Part shown: piece by piece, positions 41,070 to 54,530 of the stretch
How positions within the stretch are numbered: position 1 is the first letter of the stretch
Layout: every line of letters starts with the position of its first letter
Source: Octopus vulgaris
Taxonomy: Eukaryota
Direction: 5' to 3'
Length of the DNA stretch: 64,000 bases
Assembly: GCA_951406725.2 (NCBI GenBank)
Contig: OX597817.1
Location: 40,114,001-40,178,000 of the forward strand
Notes under the pieces: model-generated
Databases searched by the model: none
The model's input: only the letters and a program-made list of their open reading frames with translations
What the model was told of the DNA's origin: nothing
Position numbers and translations under genes: made by a program

Positions 41070-41203
41070 TCTCTTTCTGGTGAGATTCAACAAAAGGCTC
41101 CCAAACAAGAAAATCTAATTGCTGTTGCTACAGAGTTGCTCCAGATTTGTGAAGTTCCTGTGAAGCATGATATCCAAAACACCACAAGTAACATACAAAA
41201 CAG
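41070..41203 (+). CDS. Nesprin-like gene, exon 14
   Basis: tttacag|TCT and AG|gttggt (phase 2); 134 nt; SLSGEIQQKAPKQENLIAVATELLQ. Confidence 0.88.
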
Positions 41204-41809
41204 GTTGGTTTCATAAAACGAAAACATTATGATTTGTTAATGCATAATTTCAATTTGTTTCATAATATTCACATCAACGAGATGATTTTTGCATAATCAA
41301 ATATATTAAGTTGAATAAAGACACACACACATACATATCATCATCATCATCATCATCGTTTAGCGTCCGTTTTCCATGCTAGCATGGGTTGGATGGTTCG
41401 ACCGTGGTCTGGGAAGCCAAGAGGCTGTACCAGGCTCCAGTCTGATCTGACAGTGTTTCTACATCTGGACACCCCTCCTAATGCCAACCACTCCGTGAGT
41501 GTAGTGGGTGCTTTTTACATGCCACCGGCACAGGTGCCAGGGGAGGCTGGAAACGGCCATGATCAGTTGGTACTTTTTACATGCCACGTGTATGGATATG
41601 TGTGTGTGTGTATAAAGAGAGAGAGAGAGAGAGAGGATGATCCATGTGACTTCACTATTATATTCACACATGTATACAAAATGGTAAAGCAATTTATAGA
41701 CCACCCTGTATATTACAATTTTTTTAGTATTATTTATTCAAAACTGCAGACATACACACACACACATCACACACACACACACACACACTTGTATATATTA
41801 GCCATGGCA

Positions 41810-41995
41810 AAAATGACAGGAGATCCCAAGAAATGTTTCAAAGACCAGCTGAAATGCCAGCTCACTGAAACAGGGATAGACCCTACAGGGTGGGAAGGAG
41901 TTGTAGCACAGGGGGAGGTGTGGTGAGATTGCATCCAGACTGCTGCAAGCAATTTTGTGAAAACAGAGCAACTACAGTGAATGAGAAAAACCAAA
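41810..41995 (+). mobile_element. RTE-like ORF2 C-terminal remnant
   Basis: PKKCFKDQLKCQL...IDPTGWE..A...W motif. Confidence 0.65.
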
Positions 41996-42196
41996 GCTGG
42001 AAAGCGTTTGTTAAAAACATTTTCACTTCCTGAACATTATACTAATACATCTGTTTGTTGTCTACACCACCTGTCTTCGTCTTTAGTTTTTTTTCTGAAT
42101 TCTCCCTATATACATAATAATATTAGGGACTATGATTTCAAACTTACAGGGAAAAATTCAATTTAGTAATACTAAATCAAATTTCACAATATATAA

Positions 42197-42352
42197 TACA
42201 TGTATATAAATTAGAGAAGAACCACCACGTAGCAATTCAACAGTGATATACTTAAATCATGTAGAAATTTTTTTTTTTATATATGGTGTGATTTAAGTAT
42301 ATCATTGTTGAATTGCTACATGGTGGTTCTTCTCTAATTTATATACATGTAT
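42197..42352. repeat. Fold-back element; related copy at about 7507-7660
   Basis: tacatgtatataaattagagaagaaccacc... arm inverted at about 42290-42352; 42120-42210 matches the reverse complement of 7570-7660. Confidence 0.8.
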
Positions 42353-42391
42353 GTATGTATATATATATATATATATATATATCTATCTTTG

Positions 42392-42581
42392 TGTAATGAA
42401 ATAAGAAATTGGAAATTTTCTAGTATTATTTATATACTGTTACACATGTTTCATTTCCTAATAGGAATTATAGAGTTTTACATGTTAAACATGTAAAACT
42501 TTGTAATTCCTATTAGCAAATGAAATGTATTTAACGGTGAATAGATAATACCGAAAAATTGCCAGTTTCATATTTTGTTAT
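42392..42581. repeat. Imperfect palindrome centred near 42486
   Basis: tttcatttcctaataggaatta..gttttacatg pairs with catgtaaaac..taattcctattagcaaatgaaa. Confidence 0.8.
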
Positions 42582-42790
42582 ATGATAGCTCTGCAAATAA
42601 TATTTCCTTAATTGAACTAACATACAACAGCATCTGAGACCACATATTAAATTGTAACAAGGAAATAAGCAGATATGCTTCATGAGGAAACAGCTGGAAT
42701 TTGTCCTAACTACCTACAATATAAATCTTTATGTATATTTTTATGTCCATTTGAATTGAGCTTTAATTCTTTTTTTTTTTTTTGCCTCAG

Positions 42791-42983
42791 GTGGAAGACT
42801 TTAACAGCTGAGTTACAAGATCGAGCTAAGTTTCTGGAACAATGTCTGGACATGTGGAGGGCTTATGATGACAAATATTTGTACTTTAGCCAGGAAATGG
42901 CTCAAATTGAGAAATCTTGGGATGAATTAGCACAGAGTTGTGCTGATGATGGTCAACTGAAGACTAACCTAAACAGAATCGAG
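42791..42983 (+). CDS. Nesprin-like gene, exon 15
   Basis: cctcag|G (phase 2) and GAG|gtactg; 193 nt; (R)WKTLTAELQDRAKFLEQCLDMWRAY. Confidence 0.92.
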
Positions 42984-44930
42984 GTACTGTTGTACAAATC
43001 TTTTAAACTTCCTTATACTTCTCTGTATTGCAACATGAATAATCTTCTGTTGTATTGTAAAACATTTAGTTAATTTGTGTCCCAAAGTCATCCTTGATTT
43101 GTTAACACTTATGATCAAAAGTGTTCCAGCCATATTTTATTCAGATACAAGCATATCCAGGTATGCATTATCTCATATTACATTATTTTAGTTTTAAGTG
43201 GCAGGTAAAGTCTAGTTTAAGAAATAGTTAACAATTATTTCTAGTATATCAATTGATCAATTACAATGCCCTTGTTAATTTGTATTGTGTTTCGTTATAC
43301 TGCTACTCATTTCCTTTCAGCAAAGTGCTTATGGTTTGTGTAAGAGGTATATCTTTACAACAAAGGCTTGGTTCATATTACATTTAGTTTCACTGATTGG
43401 CCTTTTTCTTTTCACCACATTAGAAGCTCTTATGTAAACATTGTGTGAAATCATGAATACATATACTAATTCTGCATAATGACCAGCTGTTGAAGTGTGC
43501 ATCATGGACCTTAACCTGTAAAAGACTTTTCTGGATTGTCCATGTTTTATTCCTTGAGGCATTCTGTAGTCATAGCCCCCACCCCTGATCTATTCTACTT
43601 CTGTCCATTTTAATACATTTCAGCAAATCCTCCCCCCGCTAGACCCAACACCAAATGTATTTCTTCTGATGATGACAAAAGAATAATAAATAGACCCCTT
43701 CTGTAGACAAAGGCTAATTCAGTCTTCATTGCCCCATTCAGATGATGCCTACAGGTTAAGGGTTGAAAAGATTGTGGCTTTGAGATACTTGATGAAGATA
43801 CAGAAGACTTTCTGACAATACAGCTGTTTTACTCTCCATCAGGAAACAGAACTTGTAACATCTTTAAGTAGCTGTTGCTTAGGACAAAGTATCTATGATG
43901 TTTATTTCATCTGCTCAGTACTTCATCTCTTAGCTTCCTTTCCTACTTTACCCTGCCTGATTTACCTGGTGTTCAGAGTGAATAGCTCTTTTGAGACTAA
44001 CCCCATCTGAGACTACCCCTGTTTCTGTGATACAAACTCCTGTTCAAAGTTATCCAAATTAAAACTTTCTTTTGAAATTACATTTCTGACACCATTTTGA
44101 TAATGGCAACAAATATTTTTATTAAATTCTTCATTCTTTTCAAAATTAATTGAAACAAAGAGAGTGTATTTTAGCAGAAATACGGTCACCAAAGGGTTAA
44201 ACACATTTACCCTCACCTACTTATTCTTCTCTGTTGAAGACTCTGAAAAGCCATCTGTCCCTCCTTCCTCTTCTTGCTAATAAAAGAACATGTTGGATTA
44301 TTGTTTCTGTACAATGTGTCATTTTATGATTCAGTTTAATCACTTCTCTGTGTTTTTAAAGGTGAGAAAAATCTATAATCTCATTAAATGTATGATTTTG
44401 AAAAATTCAAAATGAATTGAAAAGAAATCAATGTTTTCAGCCTCATGATACTGTAGTGAAGATATCTGTCGCCAGCAAGCTGCTACCATTGGTTTTTATG
44501 TATAATGTAATAATTAAACAGCACCTTTTAATGTACATACTTTAGATGATCATATAAAGAAATAGGTCCTGGTTCCATTTTATAATTGATGCTTTCGTTG
44601 CCAAGAAGAGCATCCATTAATAGAACAGCTTCTGGAAATATGCTCATAAAACCATTATTTCAGTTATTATCATTGTTGTTGTATTTTTTATTATGTTGGT
44701 GACAGCAGGTGTAACGAGGATGATGAATATGTTGACTTCAAAGATGCCAGTGATTATGGAAACTAGAAGCATCGAAAGAACAATATTTTGATATTTAATC
44801 ACACCATCCATAATGACAGTATCAATTATTAACCTCCATGTTGTAGCTTTTCTTCACATTATTCTTGTGTAAATGTAATAATGGATACATTATTCAGTTA
44901 AATATCATTTGTACTATATTCATCTTGCAG

Positions 44931-45563
44931 GAATTGCAGGCTGCTTTGGATGTATTCCAATCAAAACTACCAGAGTTATATCAGCTGAGTGACGAAATGG
45001 GACCTAAACTTGATGCTGTATCCATAGTGAGCATGACCTCTCGTCAAACTGCACTGGAGCAACGGCTTTTGTTGCTGAGACATTCAGCTGATAAACTGAG
45101 CCGTCAAATCTCTGACAATTTATTCCAGTACAAACGCTTTGAACAACTGATGGAGACTATAAACTGTTTCCTTCAGAAAGCAAGTGATACCCTCAGTAAT
45201 CGACCCAATCAGTCAGCAAGTGAAGATATTGTTACAAAAGACAGTTTCATACAGTTTAAAGAACTTCTCATTGAGTTTAATATAAACGCTCCATTGTTGG
45301 ACAGCCTCAATGAGCTTGGCTACAGAATGGTTTTGAGTGATAATTCTATTCAAGAACTACAAGAATTAAATCACAAGTGGTATCAACTAAAATCAGAGAC
45401 AGTAGAACTTTGTCATAGTTTGCAAGATAATGTTTTACTCCAGCAAGGTTTTACTGAAAAATGTTCTTTGTGGATGGCATACCTTGCTCAAATTGAAAAT
45501 GAACTTGCAGTTGAAATCCAAGGGAATTTAGAACAACTTGTTGATCAGCAGAAAAAATATCAG
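44931..45563 (+). CDS. Nesprin-like gene, exon 16
   Basis: cttgcag|GAA and CAG|gtaatg; 633 nt; about two spectrin repeats (LQELNHKWYQL). Confidence 0.94.
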
Positions 45564-45650
45564 GTAATGAACTTTACCATTTAATTTCTCTACAGCAGCT
45601 GGAATTTATTGAAGTTATTATTTCAATATTTTAAGGTAGCAAAATTTATA

Positions 45651-45938
45651 CAATTGCTGCATGGAAGGTGTTTATAAGCCATTTAAGAAACACACAAAAT
45701 CCGTTAAATTCACTTCAACATTTAAATTTAATTTGTCAAAATATTTTTGTCGCTTTCAGACCGTGACCTGTTCACTGACAAAACTCCGTGAGATGCAGCA
45801 CGGAATTTTGTCAGTGAACAGGTTGCAGTCTCAAAGCGCCGAAAATATTTTGACAAATTAAATTTAAATGTTGAAGTGAATCTAATAGTTTTTTTGTGAT
45901 TCTTAAATGGCTTATAAACACCTTCCATGCTGCAATTG
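45651..45938. repeat. 288-bp near-perfect palindrome
   Basis: Arms of about 140 bp around an 8-nt loop (agatgcag); the ORF track shows mirrored MEGVYKPFK peptides on both strands. Confidence 0.92.
45807..45857 (+). ncRNA. Hammerhead-like motif with G3-C8 core swap
   Basis: tttgtca-GUGAACA-ggttgc...gcgcc-GAAA-atat-UU-tgacaaa; 7-bp stem I. Confidence 0.6.
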
Positions 45939-48157
45939 TTTTCTTTCCAGCACACGATCTCAGATCAGGTCACTTGCTATGCAAGTACATCTCCAAAATT
46001 TATACATTTATCCATTAAATGCTGAGTTTGTCTTACAATTTTATGTGTTGTTAACTTATCAGTATTTCAAAGGAAATCTTTTGAACCCTTTAGCATTCAG
46101 ATTATTCTGTCAAATGTGATGCTTATTTATTCACAGGATTTTGAATTAATCAGGTATTATCTTGTAGCTCCAAGATTTCAACAATGTAATTGCTTATTTT
46201 TTTAAGTGACAGTGTATAGTAGGTGTGAGAGGCCAGATCTAGTCAGTTTGAACATAATAGGTACAATATTTGGGCCAGATATGGTCAGTTTAAAATGCTT
46301 AAGGGATGTTAATGATTGGTTATGAATTCATTTGACGCTCCAGACATCAAGATGTGTGTTTAAATAATATATGTTACTCTAAATGTATTTCAGAAAATAG
46401 CTACAGTTTCTATTTTGAGTTTATATTGTTATATCAGGAATGAAATTTACTGTCAAAACATTGGTTCAAGCAATTCATGTGATGATCCATAATTTTGGTA
46501 TCCCTCCAATTTGTGTTTGTTTAAAACAATTGCTATTAAAATATTACAAAATCTAAGAGTCAGATATTATGGAAAACAGTAATGTAATATCTATAGACAG
46601 CCAGGCAAAATGAGTTTAGACGAAGTGATTATCATTTTCTTAGCAGTTAATTTTGACCTCTGATATTAAAGTACATCACGCTATCTATTGGATCACTGAA
46701 ACACAACTAAAGGTTTCCTTGTGTGTAGTGAACAGTTGTTTTATATTACTGTGTTTGTTTTCCTGAACATCATTATCATGCGTAAATAAAGTTCTCTTGT
46801 TGATGCAATAAACCAAATCAATAGCCGTTACTCTGAACTAAGAATGACCCAATAGCATGTACCTTGCTTCCGCTAATTGGTTTAGGTGTCGGCGGTAGTC
46901 ACAAGCAGACATAAACACTCTCTTTTCCCCTTCCCACTCTTGACCTAGTGGAACATCCTGGATATAACAGCTGAAGGGAGAAAGAGCTGCACCAGCGAAG
47001 TAGATTGAATCAGAAAGAAATGAAGTGCATTGCCAAAGGTCACAATGTACTAATCAATCAAAGAATTGAACCCATGATCTCGTACTCATAAACCCAACAA
47101 CCCTAACCACTAGACCAAGATGAAATAATCTTCCCTTGGTATCGCTTAATATTCTCAGAACTCTCTCTTAAAATATAGTTTTATTTAAGCAGCCTTAGTT
47201 AAGCATCACAGGAGAGGATGTACTGGCGCTCTGCCAGTTATGATGACAAGTGTTCCAGTTGATCCAATCAATGTAACAGTTTCCTCATAAAGTTAACATG
47301 TAAGTGGCTGAGCACTCCACAGACACACATACCCTTAATGTAGTTCTCAAGGAGATTTAGCATGACACAGAAAATGACAAGGCTGGCCCTATAAGTACAT
47401 CTCATTTTTGCCAGCTGAGTGGACTGGAGTAACATGAAATGAAACATCTTGCTCAATAACACAATGTACCACTAGGAAACAAACTCGTGATCTTATGATC
47501 CTGAGCCAAGTACCCTAACCACTGAGGCACATGCCTTAACAGATAATATGTAGAAAGTAATTTGTTGGTGTTGCAAATTTGCAGTCCAGGTTCAATTCCT
47601 GGTACCAGCTACTATACTAACCTACCCAGAGAAAGCAACAAAACACTTGTAAATTCTTGGCATGATGTGACAGTGTTGCATTGCATGGCTCAGTGGTTAG
47701 AGCATTGAGCTCACAATCATGAGGTAGTGAGTTTGATTCCCAGACCGGGCTGTGTTGTGTTCTTGAGCAAGATACTTTATTTCATATTGCTCCAGTTCAC
47801 TCAGCTGTAGAAATGAGTTGCAATATCACTGGTGCCATGCTGTATCAGTCTTTGCCATTCCCTTGGATAACATTGGTGGCATGGTAAGGGGAGGCTGGTA
47901 TGCATGGGTGAGAAAATTTCATATTAATTTATGTCCCAAACATCTGTTTAGTAATGGCAAAATTATTTTCATAATATTCAAACTTAATTAAAACAATGTA
48001 TTTCAACAGAAATATGGCAACAAAGAGGTTAAAGATAGAAAAAAAAATGGCTCAAAAGTTGAGGTGAATCATTGATTTTAATGATTTAATTTAGTAAAGA
48101 GAAACTTTAACGTTTTGTATTTCTAACAAACCTTGTATGTATATTTGTATTATGCAG

Positions 48158-48481
48158 ACATTAAAGTCAGAACTGGTCAACAAACAGCAGATACTTCATG
48201 CTATTATTGCTGATGGACAGAAAATGCAGAAACTTGGAGAATCTGGCAACACAGATTTTGAACACAATTTAAGTTTATTATCTGAGCAGTGGCACAATGT
48301 GGTGAAACGAATCAACCAAAAAGTGAACACGGTGGATAGTTTGATCAGTCTATGGAAAAATTTCAATGAACAGAGCAACAAGTTCCACAACTGGTTAGGT
48401 GATCAACAAACCAGCATGGAGGTTCTTGGTAGTGATGTAACATCAATGAGACGTATTCGTAATGATATCCAGAAACTGAAA
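48158..48481 (+). CDS. Nesprin-like gene, exon 17
   Basis: atgcag|ACA and AAA|gtaatt; 324 nt; ...LSEQWHNV...LWKNFNEQSNKFHNWL. Confidence 0.93.
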
Positions 48482-48697
48482 GTAATTAAAGCTTATCATT
48501 TTTATACCCTTTTACCTTACATTTATTTCAGTCATGGTACTTGGCACTTGTTTTATCAGTCTCTTTTACTGAACCACTAAGTCAAGGGGACATAAATAAA
48601 TGAATACCAATTGTTAAGTAGTGGAGTAGTGGAGGAAGAATAAACATAAATACACTCACACACATTATGTATCTTTTTATCTATCTATCTATCTATC

Positions 48698-48746
<49 letters not shown>

Positions 48747-50568
48747 AATGCATACACACACATGTATAAATACATACATATATATTTTTTATTTGTTACT
48801 TGTTTTAGGCTGCAGCTATCCTTGGAAAATTTTTTAGTCAAATGAATCAACCTTAGTACTTGTTTTTTAAGCTGGGTACTTATTCCATCAGTATCTTTTG
48901 TTAAACCACTAAGTTTATTTACTGTGAGAAGTTCTTCAGTATAACATTTTGAGCAATTGCTCTTTATCAGAGGCTGAGAAAACTTTACTATTGATTCATT
49001 TTTGCCAAAACGGGCAATCACCAGTTTCCTCATGGTAGATTTAACAATGCTCAATATAAGTCTATAATGTTACAACTGAAGCGATCATAGCCTCCATATT
49101 AATAATTTTTACCTGTAGTGGTTTTCTCATTCTACAGAAATTTGTTCTTGTTTATCTCAATACAATATCAGTGAATAAATGACAGTAAAGGAATGTCCAT
49201 CAGTCTTAGCAATGAGGATTCAGTTGTCTGATTAACTGAGATACATTCTCAATGACTTAGTTTATAAGTAGTTGAGAATTCAGTAGACATGTGTACCATT
49301 AACCTAATGCTCAGGCAGAATCAGTATAGCAAAGCTGTACATTTGAACCACAGGTATAATGCATCCAATGGGCTTCTGCACAATTTCTGTCTACCCACTT
49401 TCCCTCATAAACTTGAATTGACCTGAGGCAATGGCTAAAATGATTGTGCAAATGCCATGTGGGGTGGTATTGAACCCAAGGTCTTGTGATTACAAAGCTA
49501 ACTCTGTAAACATTTGACCTTACCCTATCCATATATCATAGCTGATAGCTACTTATAAAAGACAGAAAAGAAGTTCATATTCCACTGAAGTTTAACAAAA
49601 CATAGAAGCTATGTCGATTTTTTTCTTTTTTTGTTTTTTTAACCTTGTACTGTGTTATTATTTCCTAACATATTCCAAGATGACATTTTCTTAAATCTTG
49701 AGCTATGCTATATGAAAAGGAAAAATTTCATTCTATGTGGTATGACATTATTATCTTACCTCAGTTTTTACTACAAGTTAAGTTAACCAATCAATGAAAT
49801 GGGTCAACTGGAATATTTTTGTGTTCGCCCACACATACTTAAATAAGTTATGTATGAAGCTCATAGCTAAAGTTAAAACTCTGCAGAAAAACCCTCAAAT
49901 AGTTCCTGGTTTTCAAAATAGGACATTGGTTTTATGTGCTTCAAAATTAGTGACCATATTTATTAGCGTGTTAACCATGTGTTAACTTCTTATATTAAAA
50001 CATAAGAGAAGTATTTGGCAAAGTTACCTAAATACTTTCTTAGATGTATTCATGCATTTAGTATACATATTATTTGATAGTAGGTCAAATTTTCACAATA
50101 TCATTTGCTATCCACTCCCAACCATTGAAAAATTAAGAACTGCTTACATTTTCTACTATTTGAACACTTAAAACAGAGGTAAGTAGATACTGTAATCTTC
50201 AGCTTCTGAAAACTTAGTAATTTAAAATCTATAAGAAAATCTTAGTATTTACTAACAATTTTCAATCTCTTAAAAATATTTTCTTTTGTGAAATTTCAAA
50301 GAAAAATTAGTTCCCACCCACTCTGTATTTATTTTTCTCTGTTTTTCTTACTTTCTTTGTATGTTTCAACATATCCAATTCTATTAATCTCTCTATAGTT
50401 TTTACAGTCATATACTGAGCCATGTTTGCATACACACATACACACACAAACTTAGCTTTTGAAAAGCTAAAAACAAAAGAATAAAATCTTTATTATTTGT
50501 TTAATTTATTTAATATGTTTCATTATATTTATTTTTTCCCCCCTTACACCATCTTCTTTCTTTCTTAG

Positions 50569-50889
50569 AATATTCAAAACGAGTTCAAATTACAAGAAGA
50601 TCGTTATGAGTTACTGCATAAAGATGGCCAGAAGTTGCTGCAATATATGGATGGAAATTCTGCAGAGGAATTAAAAGCAAATTTGAGACAACTTGAACAA
50701 AAACGCCAAAATATTCTTAAAACACTTTCAGAACAAATGGCGAAATCTCAGGATGCCACTAAGAAGCATGATTTCTGTGAGAAAGAATTAGAAGATCTGT
50801 TTGCATGGCTTAAAGAAATCAGAAAGATTACAACCAAACCTTTACCAACATCATATGCTGACTTAGAAGCTGAAAACCAGCAGTGCGAG
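50569..50889 (+). CDS. Nesprin-like gene, exon 18
   Basis: tttcttag|AAT and GAG|gtactt; 321 nt; ...ELEDLFAWLKEI. Confidence 0.93.
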
Positions 50890-52691
50890 GTACTTAATTA
50901 TTTAATTTCAGATATTACAATTGGTAATTAGAATGGAATGTTTATAGATTCTGATATCATATCTATGTTGATAACTGGAAGGAAATATTTATATATCCTG
51001 CTAACATATGGTTATGGGCATTCCTGTAGTCATGCTTAAAGGTAACAAAGCTTATGGTGATTACATTAGTGAGATACTCAGCATTTACTTACAGTCTGTA
51101 TAGTCATCAGTGAAGTTATTGTCATTGAAGGTGCATGGTTTTATGTTTCAGGTATTCAGCTCATAATTGTAAGGTTGTGTGTTCAATTCCCAGCTGTGTG
51201 TTGTATCCTTGAGCAAGATACTTTATTTCACGTTGCTCCACTCCACTCAGCTGGCAAAACTGAATAGTACCTGTATTTCAAAGGGCCAGCCTTGTTACAT
51301 TCTGTGGCATGTTGAATCTCCCTGAGAACTTCATTCAGGGTGAGCATGTCTGTGGGGTGCTCAACCACTTACTTGTTAATTTCTCAAGCAGGCTATTCCA
51401 TTGATCGGAATTGGAATACTTGTCATCATAACTGACAGAGTACCTGTTATCTTTCTTCTATATTGTCATCTCTGAGAGTCAATGAGGGGTTCTCCAGGTA
51501 CTTGCTCAGACAGCAAGGAGCAGACAGATCTCACTCAAATTACATTCTCACCATCTTAAAAATGAAAGGGCACTTTCTTTGGTTAATGTTGTGTTAGATA
51601 TCTAGGGAAAAGGATGGGATAGTCATGGCTGCAAGGTCTTTGATCATAGGTCTACTCTGTCAGCGTTGTCCTGGGGTTAAAAAAAATAACAAAATCACAC
51701 CAGCTACTAAATGAATGCTAACACAAGTGTTTCATAAAAATGTCTAATTTTAACTTGTCTGGTAACATTTGAAAATATTGATTCAATAAATGTGTGTGTA
51801 TTTGTGTTGATATGCTTGGATGCACCTATACACACATGCACAAACACACACACATGTATTGTTGAAGGCACTGTTTTGGTATTAAGGTTTGCTTATGAAG
51901 CTCATGGTGTTGGGCTAAGTCCTGTAATATAATAGCTTGGGAAATTCTCTTGTATTATAAGCCTGAGCCAACAAAAGCCTTGAGAATGGATTTGGTAAAT
52001 GGAAACCAAAAAGAAGTCTATCATATATATACATACATACATACATACATACATACATACATACATACATACATACATACATACACACACACACATATGG
52101 GGAAGAGGGACATTGGTGTCTTGTCTTGATATTGTTTAAAAATTTTAATGAGTGTAACTATCATGCAAGCCATGTCATTCATTTCTGGTCTTTTTGTGGA
52201 AATATGTCCCAGTACAGGAAAATATTAACTTGCTTGGAAACAAGTGAGAGTTGGTGGCAGGAAGGGCATCCAGCTGTAGAAAATCTCACTCATACAAACA
52301 TGGAAAAGTGGATGTTGAAATGATGATGATGTGTGTGTGTGTGTTTGTTTATATTTGGTGCTTCTCTAAAAATTAGCTATAGGTCATGATTCACTGGCTT
52401 TTCACATCTAAAAATATATGCAATAAGATATCCCTTCCGTGAACAAAGTAAAAGGATATGGGAATAAGATTTTATAATATCAGGTTAAAAGAATTCTAGA
52501 ATAGTGAGATTAAAAGGAAGAGAAATATAGTTTTGTCTGATACAACAACTGTAGAACAACGCCTCAGTAGATAAGTTATAAGTCCAGATACTTTTTGATT
52601 CCACTTCGTATCTTAGATAATTAATCTTGTTTTGTAATTAATATGTTTTCTATATTTATGTAACCATTTCTTCATCTAACCTTTCCTGCAG

Positions 52692-53006
52692 GACACTCTG
52701 CTTGCAGCTGCCTCATATGATGAGAGGTACCAAATATTGTTTACAAATGTAAACCGATTAAACAATGTTTTACAACCAGAAGATGTCAACCTTCTCCAGC
52801 AGAGAATGAAGCTTCTTGATAAACAATGGATGGATGTCTGTATGGAAATTAATGTTCGGATTCTGCAGATTACAGACAGTTTGGGCAGATGGAAACAACT
52901 AAAGGTAGACATTGACAACTTCTGTCAATTTTGTGAAAAGACAGAACACAGGATTATGTCAATGAATAGTGATACTATTGAAACTATGCTGGAAAAACTT
53001 AAAACG
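52692..53006 (+). CDS. Nesprin-like gene, exon 19 (last exon found; gene continues)
   Basis: tcctgcag|GAC and ACG|gtagga; 315 nt; ...LDKQWMDV...GRWKQL; no stop codon or KASH domain reached. Confidence 0.92.
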
Positions 53007-53829
53007 GTAGGAAATTTATCTTTGTTTGCTTGTTAGACATTTATATATTTTATTTAATTTTTTTACTTTTATCATTTTTTCCATCATTATTTGAAAGTAT
53101 GAAGGGTAGCACCTATATTGTAAATTGCTCTTCTTCAGTGGACGACAGAGAAAATAGAGTGAATTTAGTAATTCTTCTTCAGTGTGAATTATAGCATGCT
53201 GGTAGTTGAAGGGAGACTCTGAGAATAAAGTATTTCTGGAAGGAGGAAGCAGTTAGGAAGAAGTAATCATCATCGTCATCATCATTTAATGTTCACTTTT
53301 CCATGCTTGCATGAGTCAGGCAGAACTTGTTGAGGCTGGAATGAGCTTCCGGTCATTAACCCATATTTGCTTCTAAGCAAGGTAATTTCTCCCATGGCCA
53401 GTCATGTGTTTTTCTTTTGTCTTCTGTTTGTTTGTTTGGAAAACAGGAAACAAATGACATCACTTATATGACAATGATGCTTGGTATCAGTCCAAGTGTA
53501 CAATCAAACACACACATATAGATATGATGTTGTTATGTTTACATTTTCAGTGAACATTAATGCTCCATAGCTCTGCATTCATAAAGTGCTGGAATAAAAA
53601 CTATCTTACTTGTAAATCAGGAAAGGACTGGCAACAAGATGGGCATCCAGCCATAAAAATTCTGCCTCAAATTAGAACCCAAACTGTTCTAGCATAGAAA
53701 ATTAAGCAGATTAGAATATATACTTAGAAAGATGTTGTGTATATAACTTTTTAAAAAATAGCCACTGATATTGGCTTCATCCTCTCAAGCCTATGCATGT
53801 CCTTGGCTGTCACAGCCCATGTTCCACTG

Positions 53830-54530
53830 CCAAACAGCTATGCTACATGGCAGTGAAACATGGGCTGTGACAGCCGAGGACATGTGTAGGCTTGAAAGAA
53901 ATGAAACCAGTATGCTTCATTGGATGTGCAATGTCAGTGTGCATGTTCGACTGAGTGTAAGCATCTTGAGAGAAAAGTTAGGCATAAGAGGTATCAGATG
54001 TGGTTGCTAAAGAGACAACTGCACTTGTATGGTCATGTGATGTGTATGAACAAGGACAGCTGTGTAAAGAAGTGCCAATCTCTAACTGTGGAGGGAACCT
54101 GTGATAGAGGTAGACTCAGAAAGACATAGGACAAGGTGGTGAAAATTGATCTTTGAACATTGGGCCTCACACAAGCAATGACTAGTGACAAGACCTTTGG
54201 TGATATGCTGTGCTTGAGAAGACCTGACAAACCAAGTTAAATTGTAGTTGTGGTTGATACTGGGGTCATGTAACTGGCACCCATGCTGGTGGCACATAAA
54301 AAGCACCTCTCAAGCATTAGGCCTCATGGATACAAAGTGGCTGATGCCAGTGGCACATGAATATCTCCTTTTGAGTGTTGGGCTTCATGCAAGCAATGAC
54401 CGAGACCTTTGGCATTATGGCATGCTTGAGAAGCGGACTCATCAAGCCAAGTATCATCACAATCATGGAGTGTGGTACAGCCTTCCAGCTTGCCAGCCCT
54501 GGTCAAACCATCCAACCCATGCCAGCATCA
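53830..54530 (+). mobile_element. RTE-clade LINE fragment, same family, degraded
   Basis: AMLHGSETWAV...LREKLGIRGI and LHLYGHVM...EGTCDRGRLRKT, with a frameshift and stops. Confidence 0.85.

Noticed and set aside
47686-47750. tRNA-like sequence (also near 945, 29455 and 59009)
   Set aside because: These are SINE heads continuing into repeat bodies; I found no complete cloverleaf.
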